64,000 bases of DNA, taken from the NCBI GenBank assembly GCA_043228905.1, contig JBHGNT010000006.1:13206001-13270000 (forward strand), written 5' to 3'. Shown piece by piece: positions 48,085 to 59,962 of this stretch. Position numbers and translations under genes: made by a program. How positions within the stretch are numbered: the stretch's first letter is position 1; the number at the start of each line of letters is the position of its first letter. The notes under the pieces were generated by a model that was given only the letters and a program-made list of their open reading frames with translations, made no database searches and was not told the origin of the DNA. Origin of the DNA: Azolla caroliniana (lineage: Eukaryota; Plantae; Polypodiophyta).

Positions 48085-49581
48085 TGTCGCGGTATTCCGG
48101 GAGTACGTGTAGGATCCAAGGCGGGACCGCGGGGGTCTTGGACTAGGGAGTAGAGGGTACCGGGAGATTAACTACCTCCGTGACTGGCCGCACCAAAGTA
48201 GCACAAAACCGAAACGTTACCGAACTGTCAGAGTCTCCGGATCGGTGTGAGGATCGTCATAGGATCGCCCATCTGCACTTCCCATTTCCTGCCGCTACCA
48301 TCCTTCTCACTTGGTCTCACGTTGCCATGTCGGCTTGAACTGCCGGTGTCTTCGGATCGGTGTGAGAATCCCATAGGACCGTCCTATGGCTACCTTTGCC
48401 CACGTCCCCTTGCCGCCACCGTCAGCCTCTTGGTCTTACGTCAGCTCCGCTACCGACGGCCGAAGTCTCTAGATCCGGTGTGTAGGATCCTCCTTGGGCC
48501 TCCTGTCTTTCCGACCCTATCCCGAGTCTTCCTTCTCTGCATGTCGAGAGGGTGGCTCGCTCCACACCCCCTCCCATGGTACCGTCGTATCGTGTTCCCG
48601 GCCTCTCCGTAGGCCTGCTTCCTCCACCCTTCCGGATTGGTTATCCGGTAGCCTGCTCCACCCACTTCTCGTCTGGGTCTGTCCGTCACTCCGCATTTCT
48701 GGGTCCCTTTCTCCTGCCGCCACCGTCAGTATCTTGGTCTTACGTCGGATTTGATGCCGACTGCCAGAGTCTCTAGCCCGGTGTGAGGTGACCCATAGGA
48801 CCGGTCTTCGTTCTTCGCTTCCAGATCGGACGTATTGGCCGTGACCTCCGTGTCCTCACCGCCACTTTCTGTCTCTTAGGTCTTCCGTTGGTTCCCGAAC
48901 GCAACCGCCTAAATCTCGGGAACGAGTGTGGAGGACCCATGCTTCAATCAATCGCCTCTTTCGTTTCTCCTCGCCGCCGTCGATCCACTTCTTTGCGCTT
49001 CCCCACCATCTCCCTTCTCTTTCGGTCTCATGTTGCCACGCCGGCCGAACTGCTGAGGTCTCCGGTCAAGGTGTGGGGATACTGATTTCGTAACGACTCT
49101 TGACGACTTCTCCCATGCCACCGACCCTTTTAGTGGTTTCGGTAGAAAGCGTCCGCTCTATGATTGATCAAGCCCCACCTGAGCTTGATTCTCCAATGTC
49201 CGGAGTTTCAGCTCCGATGTCGATCCCGCCGGACTCCTTCTGTACTCTCGATCATCTTCTTCCTGGTTCCCGACCTTCGCCCGGTCGGTCTTTCTCCCCA
49301 TGTAAAAGAGGGTGGTTCATCTCACACCCTCTCTGGTATCGGCACCTTCATACCGAACCTTGCCCCTGTCGAATGATCCACATCCAGATTATGCTCCATC
49401 CGAATCGGAACGCCGACCAGTTCGATCCCTGGTCGGGTCAACTTCCAATTCCGCTCCCTTCGGCGCCGGCTCTCATTTCCTCCTCTACCGCGGCTCCGCC
49501 CTCGACCTCCCCACAAGCGGTTTTTCATCCACCTTTGTTGTCATCGTGCCAGGACTCCTCGTTGGCGCTTTCCATCTTTCC

Positions 49582-52500
49582 TGTTGAGAGACAAGCTCAA
49601 CATCGGCCAGATTGAAGAAGCCGAGGACCGGATCGGTTGGGACCGATCGGTTAGGCCGAATGCGTAAACCGGTACGCAGACCGGTGCGTAGGTAGGGCCG
49701 GATCGGTGCGTAAACCGGGAGGCCGTTAGGAAAGATATTCCGTGAGGAATATATTTGGGAGTTAGTGTAGGAGCTCTTAATGAGCATTGAAGTACTGTCA
49801 GTACTTTGGTCAGTCCTTCGAGGACTTGTATAAAATTGTTCATGGAACACACATATGTATAGAGTAGTGAATCAAGATCTTTTGTTGTTGAATATAGTTC
49901 TTCTTTCTCTCTCTGTCTCTCCCGCGTATACTGCGTAAGCTCAAGCTCTCCATTAAACCTGAGTGTTCTTCTTTCTGTTCTATCTTCATACTTGCTTCCA
50001 CACGCTACTTTCTACATGGTATCAAAGCGCGAGGGTTGAGAACCTCTCTACAACCGACACAGCTTGACGAAGAAGAACAAGAAGAACGATGGATAGAGGC
50101 ATAGCGAGCTCGCTTCCAACAGAGAAGCTCGACAGAACCAACTGCGCGTCTTGGTCCTACAAGATGCACCAGTACCTGCTCGGACACGGTTACTGGAGTT
50201 ATGTCGAAGGAGCTAATGACGCGGCACCCGAATTGACACACAGAGACTTCCCGTCGTGGGAGCAATCAGCAAGCAGGGTATTATACGGCTTCGCGTCGTG
50301 TCTCGGTGAACAATTATTGAGCTATGTTTGGGATGCAAAGATGCCGAAGGGTGCGTGGGAAAATCTAAAGAAGATTTTCGCCGCGAGCACCACAGCTAGG
50401 AAGCTTAAGCTCCAACAGGAGTTGAGCAACCTACGACAACGCGACTTGTCAGTGGCGAACTATACCTCGAAGATCAAGGATATCTGTGACTCCCTCGCCT
50501 CCATAGAGGTGAACATCGAGGAGAGCGAGATGGTCCAAATCTGTCTCGGAGGTTTGGCGTCGAAGTTCGAAGCGTTCCGAACGGCTGTGTGTACCCGGGA
50601 GAATACGCCGTCCTTTTTCGACTTACAGTCAATGCTCTTGGTAGAGGAGAACCACGCGGGTTCGTCTACAAGCACGCACACCGACAACAGAATGTTGTAC
50701 ACAGAGGGAGATAGGCCCCGTGGACGTGGAGGACGAGGCAAGTCGGTGCACAATGGAGGCGGCCAACGAGATCAAGGAAGAAGGCACCGAAGTGATGCCG
50801 ACAGCAACTCCGGACCCTCCGGAAACAAGGGGAGTCGAAGTGATGCCGACAGCAACTCCGGACCCTCCGGAAACAGGGGGAGTCGAAGTGATGAGAACCG
50901 GCAAGGGAAGGCCATCGCGGAGTGCTGGTACTGTGGCAAGAAAGGCCACAAGGAAAGTGAGTGCTGGAAGAAGCGCGCCGATTCGGAGAGAACCGGTTCC
51001 GGAAACGGCTCCGGACATACCGACAAGGGAAATCGGCAACGATAGCACTACGCCAAAGACTCCGGGAGAGCCGGAGAAGGGTCTGTCTTCGTGACGAGAC
51101 ACGAAGCAAACTCAATGAAACGGACCACCCTGAGATCGGACGAGGTGTGGTACGTAGACTCCGGCGCGTCAAACCACATGACGAGCCATAAGGAGTGGTT
51201 CTCGTACCTTGAAAAACCGATACAACCTGGAGTAGTCACAACTGGAGATGACACTCCGCATCCGATCGCGAATGTCGGAGAAGTTCCCCTTAGCCATGTC
51301 AGGCAGAAAGGGAAGCTCATGAATGTACTACACATTCCGACAATCACGAAGAACTTGATCTCGGTCGAACAGATCATCGACCAAGGGATGGAGGTTCGGT
51401 TTACACACCTCGGGTGCTTCATTGAGGAAGAAGGCCGTGTGATTGCGCAAGGGCGCAGAGACGGGAGGATGTTCATCCTCGACTCCACTGACGGCGGCAC
51501 CGCAATGTTCGCAAAGGGAAGAAAAACCGAGTCGGATATCGACTTGTGGCACAAGAGGATAGGCCACGTCAACTACCAGCGGCTTCAAGATCTGCAATCG
51601 AAACAAGTAGTGTTCAGATTGCCCAAATTTAGTGGCCGAAAGGCGCAAATTTGTGAAGCCTGCCAGCTCGGGAAGCAACACCGACTTCCTTTCCCCAACG
51701 AGCGAAACCGGAGCCGGAACAAGCTCGACCTTATACACTCCGATGTATGGGGGCCGGCACAAAATGTTAGTCTTGGCGGGAGCCGATATTTCGTCTCCTT
51801 CATCGACGACTACACGCGGCACACGTGGATCTACCTCATTGAGAGGAAGAGCGAAGTCTTCGATTGTTTCCGGGACCTCAAAGGGTTCGTGGAAACGGAA
51901 ACGGGACGGAAGATCAAGTGCCTGCGGTCGGATGGTGGAAAAGAGTACTTTTCCGGTCAATTCAACGGTTATCTACAACAAATGGGAATTCGGCACAAAT
52001 TCAGTTGTAGATACACGCCGGAGCAGAACGGCGTGGCCGAGAGGTTGAGGTTGAGGTTGAGGCCGAGATGCCTCCGGGTGAGCCCGAAATCGAGACCCGC
52101 GAACAGTCAGATTTCACTCCGTTTAAGTGGACCGATTGGACGACTGAGTCGGTACGACCAGTCCGATGAAGAACCGGCAAGTAGTGGAGACTCGGTCGTG
52201 CATTCCCTGCGCAGGAAGCCGAGGAGACGGCTTACGCACAAAGAGAAAGGGAAGAAGAAGGTGTCGGATTCCGGCACAGATAGGAACGAGTCAGACCGAC
52301 GCAAGTCCGACTCCGAGGGAACCGGTGATAGGTCTTTAAAGGTGAAGTCCGCGTCAATCGAGAAGGCCTCGACATCGGCTAATGTGAGATTACGCCAATC
52401 TACCCGCCAGAAGAACCCTGATTTGTGGTTCGGATACAACGAGTACATGGCGCGTCATTATGCGTACATGACCCGTGTAGCGGAAGTGCGTGAGCCGGAG

Positions 52501-54992
52501 AGCTGCGCAGAAGCGGCTAAAGACGCGAATTGGCGTGCCACGATGGAGGAAGAGATGCACGCCTTGGCGGAGAACGAGACCTGGGACCTGGTTGACGCAC
52601 CAACAGGGGTAAAACCGATCGGGTGTTGGTGGGTGTACAAAGTCAAGTACAACACCGATGGCTCGGTCAACCGGTATAAGGCTCGGCTAGTGGCAAAGGC
52701 TACGCGCAGAAACACGGCATCGACTACGATGAGACATTTGCACCGGTCGCGAAAATGACGACCGTCCGTGTTTTGCTCGCAGTAGCCGCGGCCAAGGGGT
52801 GGCACCTACATCAAATGGATGTAAAGAATGCGTTCCTGCAAGGTGACCTTGAGGAACGGGTGTACATGGTACAGCCCCCCGGATTTCACTCTGGAACGAA
52901 CTCCTCGGCAGTATGCCGACTGAAGAAGTCCCTTTACGGACTGAAGCAAGGCCCGCGTGCCTGGAACGCGAAGATCACGCAACAACTGCGTCGGATGGGC
53001 TTCGTCACGTCAAAATCGGACTCTTCCCTGTTCATCCGGAAAGGTCGACTCGGAGCGGTTAGTATTCTACTATATGTCGATGACTTGGTCATCACCGGCG
53101 CCGACCTATGTGAAATCGACCGCGTAAAGCTCCAGCTTGCGGCATCGTTGGACATGAAGGATCTGGGGGACCTTCATTACTTCCTCGGGATCGAAGTGAT
53201 CCATACCCCCGAAGGCATATTGATCAGCCAACGTCATTACGTGCTGAGTATGCTCTTCAAATTCGGGATGGCCGACTGTAAGTCCGTCTCGACTCCTCTA
53301 GATAGAACCGTCAAGCTTCGTCCCGATACGGGAAAGGTATGCGACCCGACGAGGTTCCGACAAATTTTCAGAAGCCTCATATACTTGACCATCACCCGAC
53401 CCGACCTCAGTTATTCGGTCAGAGTGATCAGTCAGTTCATGGCGCGACCTACCGAGGAGCACCTCCAGTGTGCGCAACGCATACTTCGGTATGTCAACGG
53501 CACTAAGGACCGGGGACTGCTATATCGGACCGGTGCAACCGCGCAGTTAGTCGGCTACTCCGATGCTGATTGGGCTGGCAACGCCGCCGATCGCCGATCC
53601 ACGTTCAGATACGCGTTCTCCCTCGGGAGTACCTCGATCGCGTGGAGCAGTAAGAAGCAGCAGACAGTTGCACTATCGAGCACCGAAGTTGAGTACCGAG
53701 GAGTGGCTGTCGCGACATGCGAAACCATATGGTTGAAGCGGCTACTTAGGGACCTGCAAGAGGAGGTGTCAGATCCGACGACAATCTACTGCGACAACCT
53801 CAGCAGCATCCAGCTTGCTAAAAACCCCGTTTTCCATGCACGGACCAAGCACATTGAGGTGCACTACCATTTCGTTCGTGAGCGTGTCCTTTCCGGTGAA
53901 GTCGAACTTCAGTACGTGCCGACGGATCGGCAGACTGCCGACATCTTCACTAAGCCTCTTGGTCTGGACAAGTTGCGGCAATTCTTCGGTGCGCTCGGAT
54001 TGCGTCACCTCGACGTGCCAAACTTGAGGGGGAGAACAGTCCCGAATGACCAAACAAGGCAGCAGGAAAGGAGCGGAGACTGGACACCGAGTCGGTTGTC
54101 GAGTTCGACTTCGGATCGGCTGAAGAAGCCGAGGACGGACCCGCGGAAAAGTCCGGAAGCGGACAGAAGGGGAGCAGCCGAAGGAGAGAGCCGAAGCCAA
54201 CCACGCATGGGGAAGATGACGCCACCGAGGGCGAGAAGACCGAAGACGAGTTGGAGACAGCCAACTCAGACGAGAGCGAAAACCGATCGGAGGTAGCCGA
54301 GTCGGTTCGGATGTTTGATTCAGACACGTTGAATCAACCAAGGCCCAAGCGGAAGAAAAGGCAGCAGAAGAAGTGTCGACACCGCAACAACAGAAGAGCT
54401 GATAAGGGCCACATGAGCAGACAAGCTGACTGGAAGGCTCGAAGCGCGCGGAGTCGAACAGATCGTGGAGCGCGAGCGAGGCGTGAAGCCAGGAGGAACC
54501 GGAGTTGTGAGCCCGAAGATCTCGAAGAGCCTCAAGTTGAGCTTGAGGGGGAGTATTGAGAGACAAGCTCAACATCGGCCGGATCGGCTGAAGAAGCCGA
54601 GGACCGGATCGGTTGGGACCGATCGGTTAGGCCGAATGCGTAAACCGGTACGCAGACCGGTGCGTAGGTAGGGCCGGATCGGTGCGTAAACCGGGAGGCC
54701 GTTAGGAAAGATATTCCGTGAGGAATATATTTGGGAGTTAGTGTAGGAGCTCTTAATGAGCATTGAAGTACGGTCAGTACTTCGGTCAGTCCTTCGAGGA
54801 CTTGTATAAAAGTGTTCATGGAACACACATATGTATAGAGTAGTGAATCGAGATCTTTTGTTGTTGAATATAGTTCTTCTTTCTCTCTCTGTCTCTCCCG
54901 TGTATACTGCGTAAGCTCACGCTCTCCATTAAACCTGAGTGTTCTTCCTTCTGTTCTGTCTTCATACTTGCTTCCGCACGCTACTTTCTACA
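49582..54992 (+). mobile_element. K2: Ty1/copia (family K) nested in E
   Basis: LTRs 49582-50016 and 54554-54992 (3' LTR starts TA); TSD TTTCC/TTTCC; PBS TGGTATCAAAGC 50017-50028; PPT 54542-54553. Confidence 0.96.
50089..54559 (+). pseudogene. gag-pol: K2 gag-pol pseudogene with C-terminal tail
   Basis: Stop at 51043, integrase deletion after GVAER (about 52043), frameshift near 52700; YVDD, YSDADWAG; 48-bp tandem duplication at about 50788-50890. Confidence 0.92.
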
Positions 54993-54997
54993 TTTCC

Positions 54998-55980
54998 AGT
55001 CTTATGTCGGCACACGGGCTCGACTGCCGGAGTTTTCGGAATCCACGTGGAGGGCTCTTCTCCGCTCCCGACCTCCACCTTGGCCAGTCTTTCTCCACAA
55101 GTCAAGAGGGCATCTCGCTCCACACCATCTCCCATGGTACCGTCGTACCATTCCTCGGCCTTTGCCTGGGCCATGTCCACCTTATTCGGAAGGCCAACTT
55201 GCTCTGAGTCTTCGGAATCCATCCACGTGCCGGATCTCTCTTATTCTTCAACCATCGCCTTAAGAGCCTTGAACGCTTCCCGGACCAAGGCTTCAACATC
55301 GAGGTTCGCCGATCCCCGATTTTTGTTGCATGCCCGCTTCCTGCCGTGATGACACGCCGTTGTGCGTTATCTTCCCTTTTCCTTTCGCAGACCGCTCCTC
55401 GTCCAAACGTCGGCATACTCGTCCAACTTCTGACCAGTCCTCGGTAAGGCCAGTCGCTCTGTCATCCTCTTCAAGTTCAATCCCAATGGCTTCCCGTTCC
55501 GCTCGGTCATTCGACCTAACAAACAACAGGACTTTGTCCGCCCCCACTAGACTTTGGTCTCGCTCCGGGAGCCGAGCAAGCCTTCATTGCGCCTCGTTGG
55601 GTCTTCGCCGATGCAACCCACTGGTCGAAGTCACGTCGTCCCCGTCTCTTCCGTCGTCCTCCATATGCTTGCAGGAGCGCCTCTTCGAAGGACTCCCACG
55701 AACTATGAGCTTCTCAGAGCTCCTTCACTTCTGTGGGCATACAGACGGCAATGACCCAACAAAAGAACTCCAGCCTCAATGCCTTGTCCACGTCTCGTTC
55801 CTCCATTTCCGCGTTGTAGGCTTCCAAATAGAATGGGACTTTGTCCCCGCTGAAACGACCGACTCTTTCGACCACTTGCTTAATAACTTATTGCGCCGCT
55901 TCCCGTCTCATCACCACTCATCTGAACTCCAACACCACTTCGGCCACCATCTCCGCAAAGTCATCGTCTTCCGACGCCAT
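54998..55980 (-). pseudogene. gag: E gag remnant
   Basis: VGRFSGDKVPFYLEAYNAEM..; GADKVLLFVRS..GLTEDWSEV is homologous to C gag APDKVIMFLRA..GLTETWESV. Confidence 0.8.
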
Positions 55981-56859
55981 CCTCCCTTGCCGCCCTTTCA
56001 CGTCGGGTTCACCAAAGATGTCGTGGAATTTCGCGAGTATGGGTAGGATCCAAGGCGGGACCGTGGGTGTCTTGGACTAGGGAGTAGAGGGTACCAGGAG
56101 ACTGACTCCCTCCGTGACCAGTCGCACAAGAGTAGCACAAAACCGGAACGTTACCAGTTGGGTACAACAGGCTACTGAACAGAAAGGAAGGCGAGATGGA
56201 TAGAGAGAGAGAGAGAGAGCACGCATGCACGCAACACCGGCCCAACTCACGCCCTTATGTACAGAAACGAAAGAAAGAGAACACTAAAGACACTCACACA
56301 TACACCGAACGCAAAACCTTCCACATGTAAATTTACAAGAACAACATACAATACCAGCTTTGAGCCAGACCTGGGAAGCTCAGGATACAACACTTGTCCA
56401 CTGCCAAGCCAGCGGTCGGGGAGCTCTTGAGCTCGTCACGCCGAGCAAGGTCTTGCGCAGGAGACAGGGCCGAAACAAAACCGCTAGATGCCAGGACTCG
56501 CTCGCACAAAACGACGAAGAAGAAGTAGAACTAGATGAAACCCTAGGCAAGAGAAAATAAAGAGAAAGGAACTAACTTACTTCGAACCTAACGGTATACC
56601 CTCCTAACTCAAAATGGGCAACCCCTTTACAAAGGGCGCTCCCTTCCTTTTATAGAGCAAGGAGAGGGATGCGTAACAATGTGGGATAAATCCCATATTA
56701 CATGGGATCCTCTGTCCCGAATTAACTACTGTCCGGCACCATAATGGTGCCCCTATCATTTACACAATTTGTACAAGGGTGAGTGCACATGCTCCACCCC
56801 GCCGATTCTTCCGATATTCCCTGGTTTCTCACCATGGCTCGGAATCTTCACAACAGTGG

Positions 56860-57246
56860 ATTCGCCAGCTCGAGCAAAGACCGGAGGACGTGGGCCGAGC
56901 GAAGGAGAAGCTACATGCGGCAAGGGTGAAGAATAAAGGCCGGTTCGACCGAACGCACCGGCTACAACCGAAGAAGATCGAGGAAGGCGACTGGGTGTTG
57001 GTTTACGACAACAACCTCGACAATCAGCACAAGGTGGCGCATAAGTTCATGAGAAGGTGGTTCGAACCCTACATCGTAACGAGCACGAACAACAACGACA
57101 CATACCACATCGCAGAGCTCGACAGAACGTGGGTAGCAGTACCGGTAGCCGGTAACAGGATCAAGGCGTTCAAGAAAAGGCACGAAAATGAGTCGGACCC
57201 GGTAAGTGCGAACAACGGGGACGATGAACCAGAAAGCAACGGGTGA
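56860..57246 (+). pseudogene. pol: B integrase C-terminus
   Basis: IRQLEQRPEDV..EEGDWVLVYD..RWFEPY..VAGNRIKAF matches C pol. Confidence 0.9.
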
Positions 57247-57944
57247 AAACGAGCCAATTTTCTCTGGTATTTGTCTCTCTTGGCGCATATCGGTGGATGC
57301 GTGGTTTGGTGGGGGTGTATGTCGTGAAGATAACCGGCCTAAAGAGGAATTAGAGGATAAAGTGGGTGAACCGACCTTTGCATGGGGACAGAGAATAAAG
57401 AAGATGTGATATCCCCCCCCCCGGAGGAGCCTAGGAAAGGAAGGGGGGGGGGGAGGGGGGCGGGGGCTGAAAAGGGGATCGCGTTTTGGGGAGGAGGGGG
57501 AGTGTTGTCGGATTGGGGACCAAGCACTGTTCTTTCATAACTCGCGAGGGGGGGGAGTGCTGCCTCTACTCGCGAGGGGGGTCGGTGCGTTTTCGGCAGA
57601 GGCTCCATTGCGTGTCTTAGTCACCGGAGTGCCAGTTGTAATCTCTAAAATATTGTAATCGCCTAGTAGTCGTAATCGATTCTTCTTGAGTAGTTGTTTT
57701 CTTGCCTAACTGTGGCCTTCTCTAATTTTGTTGTTTTCTTCGTAACCGAGCAAGCACGCTTCTCTGCCTATCATTCACTTGTAGTTATATTCTCGTCGGG
57801 CTCTATGAGTGCTATGCTCACCGGCAACCAGTGCCTGCCGACCCATCGCTTCTGTTTTCTTCTCTCCCTATTTCACACACTCCTCGTTTCAGGGCCCCCG
57901 TGGTCCCGCCTTAGTTTCCTACGTGCAAGCGCGTCAACATGACA

Positions 57945-59196
57945 ACGCACAAATTCGCGGTCGTCTTGCAATTCATCACCACATTCGAACTAGTCGAATT
58001 CCTCGCAATGGAACAGGTCGAAGCGGCTAGACACCTGATGAAGAACACACAGAGAAACAAATGATCCAATGCGTTGTTGTTGGATTAATAGAACTTGAGG
58101 AGGAGAACGCCTTGACCAAGATCACCTCGCAAATGGCTCCTCCATGGATGACAGTCGGGCATTACGCGAGGAGGTAGAGGCCCAAAAAGCAATAGCGGCC
58201 AAAGCAAAGAAAGCAGTGATGTTGGCGGAAACGGAGATCGAACGGCTCGAGTTGGAACTTCAACAATCCTCGGATTGTGAGAAAGGTGTTCGGGCCACGG
58301 CCCGGAAAAATGCAAAGACTCTCTAGGACAAGCTCGACACATTCATGATAGAGCACAACCGGACCATAGCAGCCCTTGACGAACCTAAAGCGGCTACCTC
58401 ACGCACCAAACAAATGATCGCGGAACTTCACGTGGCGAAGTCAAAGCAAAAGGAGTGGTATGAAGAGCAGATAGTAGTCGAGAATAGTTGTTGGCGGAGG
58501 AAATTCAATCCCCCATATGAAAGGAGATGAGTCGGATGGAGGAAATCTACACGAAGGAGTTGGACATCTTGTGGACAAATATGGGCCTTATTCAAGATCA
58601 GTATGCATTACAATCAGAACGCATTGCAATCAAAATAAACCAACTCAAAATGAGCATCGAGCAGATGCGAGTAAAGACCGAAATGTCGGAGGGAAGGATC
58701 CAAACGTTGCTCGATACGTGGAAAGAGAGTGTTATCCAAATGATATCCGAGAGGTAGGGACGACTGGTCCGCACAAGCTACCGAACTCTAGATATTTCAG
58801 GCGGACCAGGAAAATCACAGGAAAGAAGGTTGCGGGTTCTATAAGCTCAACGAAGAAAGAGTCAGCACCGTTCAGGCAGATCTCATAGAGGACTACAAGT
58901 CCCTCGCGGCACGACACTCCTCGGAAATAGTGCAGCTTCTAGAAGAATTTGGTGAGGATCAAATCGACTTCGCACTCGAAATGGAAGCATACGAGACTGA
59001 ACATGTGGAGGTGGAAAAGGAGCAGAACATTGCAAAAGAGCCAGAGATGATGATGCAACCGCCGCAGCCTATGACCCCTCTCAAGCCACAACCCCACAAA
59101 TCCTTGCCAAAAAATGAACAGGAGGAACAAGTCGTCGAGCTGTATCTGACCCCTACCCCGAACCAACAACATGATCCCCAATCGAAACCCACATAG
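57945..59196 (+). pseudogene. Extra 3' ORF of element A, C-terminal coiled-coil-like part
   Basis: Fragments rich in E/K/Q/L heptads (ALREEVEAQKAIAAKAKK..EIERLELELQ; MEEIYTKELDIL..); frame continues across the B insertion. Confidence 0.5.
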
Positions 59197-59239
59197 ACGA
59201 GCATTTTGCACATCTTTGACGACACCTGAGCGGCCCGTG

Positions 59240-59771
59240 GGTTCGACCGTGTAGACATTGTCCCACAAGCGTGCCATCTGTTGGCCAGTTCAAACAACGA
59301 AGTGTAAAATGGGCGGATAACGGTTACGAATCAAAATAGGAATGGGTAGGGTAGAGCAATAAAGAAGTAGGAAATAAAGAGTCGAAAAATAGTAAACATA
59401 TTGAATAGGGAGTAATGGTTCACACAGTCGTAACCGTCCATGAGCCCTATAAAAAGGGCCATGGGAATAATGTAAAAGCTAATCGAACACTTGTATCTTT
59501 TACACCGATAATGGATTTTTGTTTGCCCATGACACTCTGAGTCTAAAACTGTGTCGTAATTTCCCTATGTTGAGTCTCCACGTTGTGTGTAAACGTTGTG
59601 TATTGAGTCGGTTGTAGCAGGCTTGTTCATCTCCACAATCACATAGCCTTAGTTTGATTCATACGTAAACCTTACAATTCGGAATCCCGAACAAGTTCGA
59701 AGCGAAATCCACTCCCTTCCCTGAACACAAGGACCTGATATTTGACACCTTGTTATCCTAAGCCAATAACA
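59240..59771 (+). repeat. Possible 3' LTR of element A
   Basis: CCCTATAAAAAGGG at about 59445-59458 and an AATAACA end; no partner LTR or clear PPT seen. Confidence 0.35.
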
Positions 59772-59786
59772 CCAATAGATAGTCGG

Positions 59787-59918
59787 TGTCAAGAATAGTA
59801 CTAAAACAGAGAGAGAATTAGTACTGGAAAAGGGAAGTACTATTAGTACTAAGAGGACACGACTGCGTAAGACTCCCGAGAGAGAAAGAGAGAAGAGGAG
59901 AGAGAGAGAGATAGCGAG

Positions 59919-59962
<44 letters not shown>

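Larger units (their letters stand above)
48085..56855 (-). mobile_element. E: non-autonomous tRNA-Trp-primed LTR element (gag remnant, no pol seen) inserted in B integrase
   Basis: 5' LTR 56019-56855; only about 140 bp of the other LTR survive (48085 to about 48222); PBS 55998-56014; TSD GCGA/GTGG (inferred ancestral GCGG); removal restores LATR|IRQLE. Confidence 0.85.
23984..57944 (+). mobile_element. B: decayed tRNA-Trp-primed Ty3/gypsy; host of H, C and E
   Basis: LTRs 23984-24757 and 57320-57944 (TGTCGTG...CA(C/T)GACA); degenerate PBS TGGTGAAGTCAATGTGA from 24762; PPT-like TGGTGGGGGTGTA before 57320; gag/PR/RT/RH/IN pieces rejoin across the inserts and are homologous to C; flanks ATGA/ACGC. 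Confidence 0.88.
8286..59771 (+). mobile_element. A: decayed non-chromovirus Ty3/gypsy (Athila/Tat-like), outermost host; native pieces at 8286-10940, 21824-23983 and 57945 to about 59771
   Basis: PR end YPLLLG*PWL; RT KEEIDKLL..WLSSIIVVPKKN..YRKLN..SGYNQI; [25 protein letters not shown]|WYHFGCP..YYPQANG rejoins across K1; right end uncertain. Confidence 0.75.

Noticed and set aside
57938-57942. CATGA as a 5-bp TSD of B matching 23979-23983
   Set aside because: It aligns base-for-base with the LTR terminus (CACGACA to CATGACA), so it would need an extra 7-bp deletion; a degenerate 4-bp TSD fits the family better, though the alternative is not excluded
57945-59196. A host coiled-coil gene
   Set aside because: Fragmented by stops, no splice structure seen, and continuous with the element A 3' region
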